Origin: Lingula anatina
Lineage: Eukaryota > Animalia > Brachiopoda
Reading direction: 5' to 3'
NCBI GenBank assembly: GCA_051362555.1
Contig: CM120643.1
Location: forward strand, 29,826,848 to 29,890,847
Length of the DNA: 64,000 nt
Both the position numbers and the translations under genes were made by a program. Positions 25,672 through 38,299 of the stretch are shown here, one piece after another. Within the stretch, counting starts at the first letter, position 1. Each line of letters starts with the position of its first letter. The notes under the pieces were generated by a model, which saw only the letters and a program-made list of their open reading frames with translations, ran no database searches and was not told where the DNA came from.

Positions 25672-28317
25672 CAGTAGACGCTTCCACTACTATTTAGGCC
25701 TACAGACACCACTTGAAACTGGTCCTACAGTCAAAACTTTTGACTTCAAATTTTTGTACATAATGGCAAAGATGTTAACTGATGTTGCAGAGACCACTAC
25801 AAACTATTTAAAGGCAGAGCCCGTATATAACAAAATAAAGCTAGTTGAGTGGTTGCTTTCAAGAATCCAACGTTATACTTTTATGTTGGAATGAAATTAT
25901 AAATTTCGTAAATGGAAAACACTGTTTCTCTATCTCTCCATTGCGCCAATACAATTTTAAAGCTGCAGGCGGCTGGCGTGAACACACGAGTTGTTTTCAA
26001 TACTTGTTCAGTAAATAACTCTACTACAAATAAGTTAAAGTGGAGCTTCTATAGTAAATAGCTGTGGAACATAATATTGGAGGGGATGTATGTTCTTTAT
26101 TTGACTAAATGGTATAAAATATGGATATCTTCACCTGTGTTATGGTTTTTCTGTTCCCTAAGATATGTAAGACATGGCATCTGGAATGGATAGCACTATT
26201 TAAAACAATATACATGTACAGCATGGGATCATTTGGTAACAGAAATACGTGGAATTGAAGGTGGGACAGTTCCTGACCAACAGTATATATGGAAGTAATA
26301 CCATATCTTACGGCATATGGTGAGGTAACGATTTGGTTGCTAGGCTACACATCAGATGACTCCGTCATTTCAGATAATCCGGGATTCCATCAAATGTCAT
26401 ACCAGATAATCTGGGATTCATATTCTAATTCCTGACACTTTGACGGCGGCTTCTTATAATATCTCGATAAAGAATGTCGTAATTAAGTCTGTCTGGGACT
26501 ATGAGAAGACGCGTTTCCTCCTGTTTGACATTAATTATAAATTAAACGTAGAATATACAAGATACAATGAAGGAAGAATCTATCAAATGGTTGACATGAA
26601 TAATGATAATTTAATATACTTATGTTACACCGCAGACCTCCAGCAATAGCAATATGTCCGGACACCTTGGTCACCTATCACTGAAGTGACCGAGATATCC
26701 TTTCGTGACCCCAAGATTTTCAATTTCCTGTTTGAGGCAACCGCGTGTTCTTATAATAGATAAATTTGGAGGACACAACACAGAAATAAAACCATCTAAT
26801 TTGTATACTGTGGTAACCTTCAGGGAAGTATTTTCTAATAAGCATAATATAGTACTGTATTATAAAAACGTTTTCTACTAACATGTTGGAGGATGTGAGA
26901 CGCGGAGCTTTTTCTCCAGTCCACTGACCCAAAAATGTGTTTCAAACTCGTTAACCAGGAATAAAGGTGCTGTTTTACGAGAAAATCGCTCCATTTACTC
27001 CGGTTATAGCTGTGACAGAGTGGAGATGACTCACTTTCAAAACCAATTAGCAGTATTTACAAATAAACCGCAATCTTTTATATCCACTGAATAATTGTAT
27101 AATGGCAAGGAAAATGACTAGTTTGCCAAAAAAAAAAAAAGACCCTAGATTGCATTGTAATGAGATTCTAGCCCCAGACGAGGAAATGGACGATCTTGGG
27201 AGTTCTCGCATCTGTAACATAACCCCCAGCCACTTAAGTCACGTGCTAAAGTTAGTCTGTGGAAGATGCTAGTAACGATAGTTGAACAGGAGATTAATAT
27301 ACATGTAGCGTCACGATCAGTCATGAAATGTATGCATTCTTTCTCATTACAAATACAGCCAGGGAAGATAAACGTCCAATAATTATCATTATTATTTGAA
27401 AGATCCGGGTACCCCACAATTCGGCTGTTAGGAACCAAAGTGAGGCCCTCATTTGTTTTCTGAACGTATCGGCGTCAACTTCGGTCTGCTAGGCGTTTTA
27501 TCTCGTGACCAAGGGATATTTACCTTGATAACCAGTCGTCTATTAAAAATGTGAGTCATCAAGGGAAGCTTTACTTTCCCTCCAGATTTGACCTCTGACC
27601 TGTGACAGGAGGAGCTCAGATATCGCAGAGTTTCGGCAGTTGACAGACGTCCGATACCACCGCAGAGGAGAGACGCAGGGTGTAGGAAGAGAAAAACAGA
27701 GATACATACAGACAGTTAACCGGAGTTAAGGGAATTAATGCCAAGTCTCCAAAATCTTTTCTTGACTGTATGATTTATTTATATTTACCAACAAAGGTGA
27801 GTTTGAAAATATCTAGTTTTAGGATTTTTTTAACTGTATACACGAAAAATATTCTGTAATTTTTTCTATCCGTTTCAAGAACAAAATAATATAAATAATA
27901 TAAATAATATAAATAATGCCTGCAATTTTAAAAAGGCGTAAGTATCAATGTTAAGATGTAATGTTGAAAACTCTCTCACTTTATTATCGTATAAACAATA
28001 ATTGTCAGGGTCTCCTTTCGCTGAACCTAGTGGTGCATATACATATCTCGGCTGCCGTATGGCACACCACAATATTACATTTATATTGTATCTTGTGGGG
28101 TCAATACTAACGAACCTTGTACATTTTTCGACAAAGCCCCTCTTTCTTAAAAGATGTAAGTTTAAAAAGGAAGGTACAAACACAGGCATTTGCTAGCTTA
28201 GATATTTATTTTATAAGCAATTAAAATCTACCGTTTGTTAGCCAGTGTAAGAGAGATATTCTTCCACTGACAGCTGAAGAACTCCTGTCTAAATCTTAGT
28301 TTATCGTCTATCTTCAG

Positions 28318-28378
28318 ATGAACCCGATGTCAGTCTGCAGCGTCTGCCTCTTGTCTCTGGTGGTGACGATATCGTCCA
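28318..28378 (+). CDS. Signal-peptide exon (coding exon 1) of a small secreted protein
   Basis: Acceptor TCTTCAG is directly followed by ATG. Encodes MNPMSVCSVCLLSLVVTISS plus 1 nt and ends at a consensus donor A|GTAAGT (phase 1), matching the phase of the acceptor at 30141. A probable 5'UTR exon ends at AAG|GTGAGT (27796/27797). Confidence 0.78.
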
Positions 28379-30141
28379 GTAAGTAGCAAAAGCTTAAGCT
28401 AAATCTTCAAATCTGCCGACACAAAGACTCTCTACGTATCATTTTTTTTTTCAAATTTATACGGCAACAATTTTTTTTTTTGTATCGCTTACCGAAAATT
28501 CCCATATCATTTTTCTCTGCCGGAGGGACGGCATGCATAAATGTCGGGGGTCTATATGATATTAATCGTTTTGCTCTCCACCCATTCCTACACAAGTTGT
28601 ACACAATATGTACGCCTGAAGTCATCAGTTTAAAAGTTGTTGGGTTTTCTCCCTTATTTGACCCTACTTGATAAATTTCGAAAAAAGGCCCGAAATGTCC
28701 TGAATCAAATTTTAGTTTAGAGAGCACCTTTTCCTAACCAAAGCACAGTTCTTTGGAAAACCTCCCGTGTGCGGACATGCATTTAGTATGTTGAGTTTGC
28801 AAACACTGTGCATGTGCACTGAGGGTGTTTTCAGTGATACAGTTCTCATTCGGCCACCATGTACGTCTGTCTCTTCATTTCAACAATGGTACCAACGCCG
28901 CCATTTTGCTCTGGAGCCATCCCTGTAGAAGCATAGAAACATACAGTTTTCGCATGATGAAGACTAATACTATGTATAGTCCAAAGTCATCAGTTACCAT
29001 AAAACAACGGAGTATATTCGGTCGGCTTCGTATCCGCGCACCCCCCCCCCCCCCCCCCTTTCAACTAAACTTGGATCCGCCCCTGCATGAGGTGTTCCAA
29101 GGCCTAAATCACCCATGTGTCCAGATACTGGTATTCTAAAATTGTATATCTTTCAGCAACGAATCAAGTAGACGAACTGGTATTATATAGTAGGCCCACA
29201 GTCGAAATGCAACTACAGTATAATGAGCATCTTTGATTTGTCATTTTATTAATTTCGTTGGATTTTTTCCTTGTTCTACCAGTCTCTTCGGTAGATTGGT
29301 AGAATATTGTTCGACAAAATTAACAAATATTTTCCTCTCAAAAGAATATTTTACCAGAACGCAAAACCTGTGTATGCAGACAGCATTACTATATTGTGAC
29401 CGTATACGTATATATATATACTGGTATATATGTACCTGTACATGTCATGAACTGCCGCTTTATGACACACGGGGACTGGTGAGCCTCTGTCACATGGTCG
29501 TCCAGGGTAGTCACGTTATCTTTTAAACCTTTTACTGGGTTCAGTTCACCATGACGTCACGCAGCCTCCCTGGTGTACTGACCTTGTAAAGGGTCAGTCG
29601 GCAAATAACGGTACTTAACCTAGAGGCCGGCCGTTCAAGGCGGTAGTTAAGACTGCCCTTCATGTCCATCAGGGTGGTTTCTGTAGTTACCAAGGGTAAT
29701 TGTCTGCGACATGCAACGCAAATAACTGAAATACATGATTTTTTTTATTAGATAAACTTTCCTCTAATTTAGCCTGTGTACAACTGTCGTCGGTATCAAG
29801 TTTAAGTTTGCACAAAATATGATTTTCTAGCGAAATGAAAGTGAACCAAGATCTTGTACATTATGTGAGTGAGCTGTTTTCATGGTTGCTCTCGGCAAAG
29901 AGATGAAAGTCTTTGAACGAATACTTCAGTGTTTTAAACGTTGATGTAGTTGCACTAATGAAGTGGACGCAAGCCATGTCAGCATACCGGTATAAATAGA
30001 TTAATGTATAATGTTGGACGCACACTGTACATGTATTATAAATCTTGGAACAGTCCTCTTATTAAACTGAGCTACCTGTATGTACTAAGTCACATGTTAT
30101 TGCCATTATGAATAATTCACACTATGTTTTTATCATTTCAG

Positions 30142-30626
30142 CATGGTTGATGGGTGTGGAAGGCCAGTCCTCTTGGTACTCTAACCCAAACTTCATCCAG
30201 AGCGGGAATTCCGGAGTCGTGCTGAAAGAACGACAACCTGCCTCAGCCATCAGCTCACAGAACGCAGCCATGTATGTACCTCAGCAACGGTACAGCAGCG
30301 CCACCTTCAGTGGGTTTCCTATACCTGACCGCTACCACTTTCTTGGCAACCCATCTCCTGGTGTCGTTAACATTCTCTTGGACTACCGCGGACCGCCACC
30401 TAGCGTCGTGGTGGTCGACCCTCAGCGCTCTCTATCGACTGGTTGGTCAGGTCCCAAGGATAATGGCTATAGGTACGGGATCCCACCACATTTGCCGTCT
30501 AGGGTTCCGTTCGGATACTTCTCACGCATGCCGCCAGTACAGATCATTAGACCATATTACGACTTCTACAATGATCGGCCGGCTGTAGTCCTCAAGAGTC
30601 CCACCAGATCAGCAGTCACTTACTGA
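30142..30626 (+). CDS. Coding exon 2 of a 181-aa secreted Pro/Ser/Tyr/Arg-rich low-complexity protein of unknown family
   Basis: Acceptor TTTTTATCATTTCAG, then a GC-richer open frame to TGA 30624-30626. The spliced product reads ...ISSTWLMGVEG/QSSWY..., a plausible V-E-G cleavage site. AATAAA motifs follow near 31018, 31468 and 31645. Confidence 0.8.
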
Positions 30627-33600
30627 TGTGCTGCCATCTAGCGTTTAGTTATGGGTGACATATTGAGTATGATGCTTTTAGTAAGGGTCGTTCACAGTAT
30701 ATACCGGTATTGATTGAAGCATCAGTGTTGCAAATCGAAGGCTTATTCATAGTTGATATTTGAAATGATGTTATTTATTTCGTAATCGATTAAGGACAAT
30801 GAAATGGGCTGAAAGATTTGTCATGGTAAAAACTGAGCAGACGAACATGCTACTTCGATCATACTTCCTTTGTCTTGTTCATGTCCGTCTTTCATTTCGT
30901 GAGATGTTTCGTTGCGATAACTGTGAAAATGTTAGTGTACCATAACTACGTACATTATAACTACTTTACATTCATTTTCCTTTTTGATTTATGTCAATTT
31001 AAAGAGAAGACTTGAGAAATAAAAAAAAATACTTCAGATAACGTAAGTGAGATAACGCCCACTTTATTTCGTGTGTATCGACAGCAAATTATGTTATTTT
31101 ATCTGAAAGTAGATCTACCAGACTAATTTTGTTTTCACTTCACGTAAGACTGTTCCAAATTAATGACCTATCATAAAGAATCTGTCTGCGATCTCAGATA
31201 GAAACGACAAAGAATGCAGAAAATGTGCTCAATTTGCATAATGTTAGACCTACAGATAGTTTAGAATATATATCACATACTTTCATCGGAAAATGAATTT
31301 TTCCATTAAACCTTTTTAATTCGTTATTCTATATCTATCGTTTCGCCGGTCTGGCAATGGGCCGCAGTTTAGTCACATGTTCTATTTGTCGGTTAAAAAG
31401 GGTTTGTTTTTTTTTTGTAATGATAAATTGGTGCAGAGCGCGGAACTGAAAGGTTGTGGTCATGTTTAATAAATCGTTGTTTTTAAACGATGTCAGTTTA
31501 CTAATGTGGATTATTTAAGGGGAGATATGAATATCATGATTCAGTAGAGTATAATGGTGATTGCTGTGCACATTTATTAAATCTGAGTAAAGTACAATGT
31601 CTTGTACATACATGGTTTCTACATGCGGTCTTCTTGAACGTTGAAATAAATTATTACTATTGTTTCATAAAGCATATTGATAAATGTCGTTTTTTTATCA
31701 TGCATCATATTTGGAAGATATGCCTAATTAACAGCAGTCGTTTAGATAACGTTATATTTTAAATAAATCTACATTTATGTACACGGAGCAAAAGAGAGTA
31801 GGAAAGAGAAGAGATAGAGGGAAGAAAGAGAATTCAGCAAATCAGTAATGAATTCATGTATATGTAGTCGACATTTAGCTGAGTAGGAAAATCGTATATC
31901 TGATTCTCGATACTAGTGCTAAAGATAATCGCATGCGTTGTTATGTAATTAAAATTTCATTATCTATATAAATTACGACTTTCGTCTCACGCTATGACGA
32001 TCTCAGATAAGTTTATCTGAAGATTTCGTTTAAGGGTTTTGTAACCCTTTATTATCATCCATATACTGAAAACGAGGTTTATTCCTGCACCTAATACAGT
32101 AATTATTCAATAATTATGTATCTATCCACGTGCTGATTTAAAAGACTAATAAAACCTTAAAAATATAAAACATCGGCGATTTGCGATTTAAAAGTATATG
32201 TAGCTCTAAGCTTTAATCGCCAATTTAACACCTTTCTATTTTAAGGAAAGATAGCAATGGGTACGGGGCGTAACTTCACCCCTGAACAAGATTTTATCAC
32301 GAAAATTGTCAGAGTTGGCCATAAATGTATGGGCTACGATTCCATTCCGTCATTTGGTTTAAATGTTTTGTAATGGAGTTATGAGATACATAATTACAGA
32401 TTTTTTATTAAACATAGACGTTATTTTACTTTATCAATGATAAAATCTGAACTTATTCTTAAAAAAATGCTGGCAGGAATTTGGAGTACTAAATGGTTTC
32501 ATTAAAGCGGCGTTGAAACGGTGATCGTGGGTGCTCGGGTAAAGGCGAAATATATAAGATAAACCGATTTTTTAGTTTTAACCCAAAAAAATCGCAATTA
32601 TGACGTCACTTGTAAGATGACATATGTGTAAATGTTAATTAATTTAGTCAATGAACACTGAAGATTTCTCTATTACCCAAAATAATGTATGTAAGGCAGT
32701 AAATAAGGAGTGTTGCCCAAAGGGTGAAAATATCCTTAAAAGTTAATAGATGTACGTAGGGCTCACCGTAATAAACATGACTGAGATCTACGTGGACAAT
32801 GGTCGTCGCTACCTGACCACAGTCACTGAAATAGACGGTTGCCAGTGAATACCACCTATGACGTGTGTTGATGAAAGGCAGACCTCGTGTCCTGGAGTAA
32901 CCAGACAAGGTACATTGTGTACAGATGTGTGAAAGTTGAGAACTGTACGCTGCTGTGTTTAATCTGAAAAACGTTCACAAACCGATTCTGAGCATCTCAA
33001 CACCTCACTGATGACGCCTGTTTTCTGTGTTGAAATATTTTGGACTGCGTCACAACCTATGATCGATGACGATCATGTATATCTTTGCCAGCCACGTGTA
33101 GTGAGCACCCCCCCCCCCCCCCCCCCCCAGAGAACAGAGTTAACATGGTGAGTTCACAGAGAGGTCGGGAAGAGGAGGAGGTAAACGACAGTTCTCCGTC
33201 TCTGTATCATATGATTAGCAACAATATGGACATTTCTGAGATCTTACCTCTTCAGTGACTTGTTTATATCCGATAAAGAAACATCAGGAGCCAAGCACGC
33301 TGCATCAGTTTCTCTGTTACCCTGATATTAAGCTACCCTGACACGTCTGACACGAGAATGCTTTGCCTGGGACATCGTAAATTGTCAGCAGTAGCAGTGA
33401 AGTGAAGCCGAACATGAGCACAGTTACTGAGTTACGACCACCAGCACACAGTGTGAAGATAACACAGGTGTAGAAGTTCACCCCCCCCCCCCCAGTGACA
33501 GGTGAGTCTGGCCCAGACTGGTACCTACAGAGCCTGGTGCCCAGCTGACCACATCACTACCAGCCACTGGTCACATTAGGGATGTACATGTATACAGTCC

Positions 33601-34373
33601 GGTAGACGGACATCGGTGACCTCGGGCAATACTGGGTCAACATCAGAGGCTGCACAGTGACCACAGCAATCACGTGCCGGTTTTATGTAAAATGTTTATT
33701 ACTTAACATAAGAGGTAAAAAATATTTAAGTTCTCATTTCACAAATATGCAGCTCTAGCATTATATTAATATACTACAGAATGCAGCGATTCCTACTCTT
33801 ACTGGTGACTTAAATAGGTATACTTGAATAGGTGAATGTTTAGTCACCCAGTAGATTTAGAATTATATCAGGAGGCTTAAAAACGTTACCAATTTCAAAG
33901 TTCGCTAGCTTCAACAGTTTTGAAGACATTGCAATGGCATGTTTGAGGAAAATTATGTTTATTAAAATGACTGATGAAAATTTCATGACTCTACTTTTCT
34001 TAATTTTGGCACACCGAGAAAATTAAAATCTTAGGTCAAAAAATGCCGTGGCGGTCTACATGACTTCTGCCAGGTGCCAGCGTCTGGCAGTTTTGACACC
34101 TGGTCATGCGTTTTGATTTGATGTTAACATCAAGACTGTTTCACTTTAACACTTGAAATTTTCAAGGTTGAGCAATGATAATGCATCAAAAATCAAAAGC
34201 GTGTGAAAAGTTATTGTTATTGAACTTTAAATGAGTAACGTTTTTTATTCATTCCTCTGAGCCACCCAATATACAAAATATATTATCCAACATAGGGAAT
34301 AACGTGGTCCTATAAAACGCCAAATATACATGTCTATAACGCATTAAGTATCTGAGGTGACCAGTCAGACAGT

Positions 34374-34458
34374 GACCGAAAAACTATCTGAATAATCACC
34401 CATCGTGTTAAACAGGACCGAAAAACTATCTGAATAATCACCCATCGTGTTAGACAGG
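34374..34458. repeat. 42-bp tandem duplication
   Basis: GACCGAAAAACTATCTGAATAATCACCCATCGTGTTA(A/G)ACAG twice. Confidence 0.93.
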
Positions 34459-35235
34459 AGGATAGAAGCGAACAGCAAAGAGTTGCTGATAAACGTGTGT
34501 ACTTATTGTGAATACATTTAGTTCTTCTCACAGTCTTTGGCAGCTTCACACATAATAAGTCCAGTAATACTACTGGTATTACAATTTTAAACACCTCATT
34601 TTATATATTCTGATATACTTCCAGAAGCAGTGACAGTTTGCAGCGGGAAACGTCTATAGCAGGTCCGATGAGCACCGGATTCATTATATAACACAAACTT
34701 CTCCTGCAGTGGTATTCTCCGCTGGTGTCTCAAAGGCAGTGTATAACCATAGCGGACTATTCGACCTTCAACCTTCATTGACCAGTACGAACTCCAACAC
34801 GACACCAAGACATTTCTACACAACTGCTAACACGCTTGATCGGACATCAGTCAAAGTCAAACAAACGCCAATCATCTTATCATCAAACTAGAGTAGAACG
34901 ACAACACAAAAGGAAAACTGACGATAAACGACCAATATCTTCAACACACATAGGGGCATCTGCACAGCCAACTGTACAGCCAGCGCATCTAGGTTACCAT
35001 GTCAACTATGACAACCCATTAAGGCCTGTTAACGCTAACACTCTCTCAAGGCCACGCGGTCCCTCCTATCCATGCGCTCATCTCCGTGGTCACAGCTCTG
35101 TGCCGATGACTGTTCCCTTTCTTTCCCCTCGACGTCCGTACGTGTCATTGTCAGGTCTGGGAGCCTTGTCACGTCAGGGCCGTGTAGAAACAAGTCACAT
35201 CCCCAGAAACCCGCGCTGTACACCTTGCTGGTGAT

Positions 35236-36191
35236 GACACAAAGAGGATTGCCAGACCGGTACACAGTGCACACAGAGAGGATTGCCAGACCGGTACACA
35301 GTGCACACAGAGAGGATTGCCAGACCCGTACACAGTGCACACAAAGAGGATTGCCAGACCGGTACACAGTGCACACAAAGAGGATTGCCAGACCCGTACA
35401 CAGTGCACACAGAGAGGATTGCCAGACCCGTACACAGTGCACACAGAGTGGATTGCCAGACCCGTACACAGTGCACACAGAGTGGATTGCCAGACCGGTA
35501 CACAGTGCACACAAAGAGGATTGCCAGACCGGTACACAGTGCACACAGAGTGGATTGCCAGACCGGTACACAGTGCACACAGAGTGGATTGTCAGACCCG
35601 TACACAGTGCACACAGAGTGGATTGCCAGACCGGTACACAGTGCACACAGAGTGGATTGTCAGACCCGTACACAGTGCACACAGAGTGGATTGCCAGACC
35701 GGTACACAGTGCACACAAAGTGGATTGCCAGACCGGTACACAGTGCACACAGAGTGGATTGCCAGACCGGTACACAGTGCACACAGAGTGGATTGCCAGA
35801 CCCGTACACAGTGCACACAGAGTGGATTGTCAGACCCGTACACAGTGCACACAGAGTGGATTGCCAGACCGGTACACAGTGCACACAGAGTGGATTGCCA
35901 GACCCGTACACAGTGCACACAGAGTGGATTGTCAGACCCGTACACAGTGCACACAGAGTGGATTGCCAGACCGGTACACAGTGCACACAAAGTGGATTGC
36001 CAGACCCGTACACAGTGCACACAGAGTGGATTGCCAGACCCGTACACAGTGCACACAGAGTGGATTGCCAGACCCGTACACAGTGCACACAGAGTGGATT
36101 GCCAGACCCGTACACAGTGCACACAGAGATGATTGCCAGACCCGTACACAGTGCACACAGAGAGGATTGCCAGACCCGTACACAGTGCACA
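35236..36191. repeat. 34-bp minisatellite, about 28 copies
   Basis: CACACA(G/A)AG(T/A)GGATTG(C/T)CAGACC(C/G)GTACACAGTG head to tail with no spacers. Confidence 0.98.
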
Positions 36192-36518
36192 CGAAGTCCG
36201 CCACGAGAGTTTCCAGTCAAACCAGCAGCTGTGGGCTACAACCAAGTCTAATAACGGATCCATTCCCTGTGGCTTTCCACCTACACCTCGTGACTAAGTG
36301 CCATAATACAGTCGTTCATGACCAGGCTGGGGGATCCTTCCCAGACACCTTTGATACCAGTCCCAGTAGAGACACTATAGGCTCTAGCCAGAGATCTACC
36401 AATATACCTAACTCTTTCCTGCACGACGACCCGGGATGTGGTATCATAAACCTAGACGACCTCACCTTGGTCTGGGGACAGTACACGATGAGGAGTCCCG
36501 GGTATGGTGTTTTATTAA

Positions 36519-36552
36519 TGTGTGTGTGTGTGCGTGTGTGTGTGTGCGTGTG

Positions 36553-36619
<67 letters not shown>

Positions 36620-36628
36620 GAGAGAGAG
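36519..36628. repeat. Compound (TG)n(AG)n microsatellite
   Basis: Read directly. Confidence 0.95.
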
Positions 36629-37164
36629 CAGATGTTCAAACCGTATTTTAAATATTAAAGTCTGGTGCATTTGTAAGTTAATTGGTCACAAGCGTTGAGG
36701 TCATGTTGTACAAAGATTGCGCCACACCGGCTACGATTTTAAAACGTGAAATGTCGGATCCAGTCACTATAATAGGCTACTGTAGAGATACCTGTTATTG
36801 TCTTATATAAGGTTACAGCACTTGAAAATGGCGCCAGAGTGATTCAAATAACCAGCGCAGCGTTAAATACTTTTACTTAAGTCTGTAACGCCCCGTTCAG
36901 TAAAGATTTGCGCCCCTACAGAGCAGTGCGGCGGGTGGATGTGCCAAATGTGTCACTGTCTCAGCTACCGCAGTTCTGTTTATTAAGTGTCAGCAGATTT
37001 AATTTAAGACATGTACCTATGTTAAACCAAGGAAATCCAAGATCCGAAAACTTCATAAAAGTGACGATTTATATTTCTTATCGTTTTTTAAGGGGGGGGG
37101 GGGGAGTTAGGATTGACAGACCTCGGATTCGAAGCCGACCCTCTGCCCTCTTGGGGTGGGTTTC

Positions 37165-37353
37165 GGTGCCCGATGAAAGGCCCGAAAATTTTTGATGTTT
37201 TAGAGATAAAACGGTGCCATTTGGTGCGGTTTAAAACTATTAAACTAGTCAAAAATCCAATTTCAAGAGGGGGATATCAGTGTGATTTTTTTTCAAAAAC
37301 CGAAGTGGAGGGGGTGCAGAACCCCTTGACCCCCCCCCCTAAATCCGCCACTG
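37165..37353 (-). mobile_element. CAGTGGCGGA MITE family copy, inverted relative to 23268
   Basis: Its reverse complement, CAGTGGCGGATTTAGGGG...CTTCGGTTTTTGAAAAAAAATCACACTGATATCCCCCTCTTGAAATT...GCACCGTTT...TTTCGGGCC, aligns with 23268-23418. Confidence 0.7.
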
Positions 37354-38253
37354 CAAATATAAAAATATAATCGAAGAAAACGCAACATTTATCGTTTATG
37401 TGCTGTGCTTTGTCAACGCCATGTGGTGCAAGCTCTCTCTCTTTATAGCAGTGTGTGCTATTACTCTGTGTTAGTATCCTAACACGAAAATATAATCAAT
37501 AAACTCAAGTTACTTTGTTACAGTTTAAGAAGATGCAAATTGGCTATTCAGTCGTATTCAATTTAATGTAAGCTGTTCTGTTCTTAAAAACCTTTACTAT
37601 TTCAACTCTATTTATATTGTTATTTTATTATTGTATTATTGTAGTTAATTGCTATTGCTATCATTTAAATTACATCGTAATTATATACAGGGTATTGCAT
37701 TACCCTGCACAGAGCCACCACAGAGGTCACGTGACTCAACACCAGGGTGCAAACGGGGAATGTGGTGAAGTAATCGTACTTTGACAAACTTGCTTGCACC
37801 AAGTACGAAAAATAAGACTTATCTGAATCTGTGTTATACAATATTTGCATTGGTGATTTTGGTGACATCATACAGAAGTGGTAAGATTGTATGGGTAACT
37901 TTGTCTAAGATTCCCCACCCTTGAAGCTGTTTGCCAATTGGGCGTAACTTTTGATCAAACACGCACTGAAAGTGAATCCACACACTCGTGTAGAGTGTAT
38001 TTATGTAGCTGTAAAAGACGGCAAATAGAGCGAGAAAGTCAGTAATGAAACCTTCTGGGAAGTAAATACAATGCCTGTTGTCTGACTGTGACCTTGTAGA
38101 ATAGGATGAATCTGCTCAGTCATAATAATGACTAATACACTTAGGAATTAATAAATAAAAGGAACCCGTCAAATTTTTTTTCTAGTTTGGCATTGTTTTC
38201 TTGTTTGCTGACGAGCTTTCCCATACAGTTTTTTTCTTTTGCATTTATTGATA

Positions 38254-38254
<1 letters not shown>

Positions 38255-38299
<45 letters not shown>
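38255..38299. repeat. (ATT)n microsatellite
   Basis: Read directly. Confidence 0.95.

Noticed and set aside
30108-30141. ORF-track N-terminus MNNSHYVFIIS
   Set aside because: It is the intron's pyrimidine tract and acceptor; a better signal-peptide exon lies at 28318-28378.
32750-32910. Short + frame MYVGLTVINMTEIYVDNGRRYLTTVTEIDGCQ
   Set aside because: Only 32 codons before a stop, with no supporting partner exons.
35236-36191. CRISPR-like 34-bp repeats and the associated Cys/His-rich ORFs in six frames
   Set aside because: Units are head to tail with no spacers, the context is eukaryotic, there are no cas genes, and the ORFs follow from a stop-free unit.
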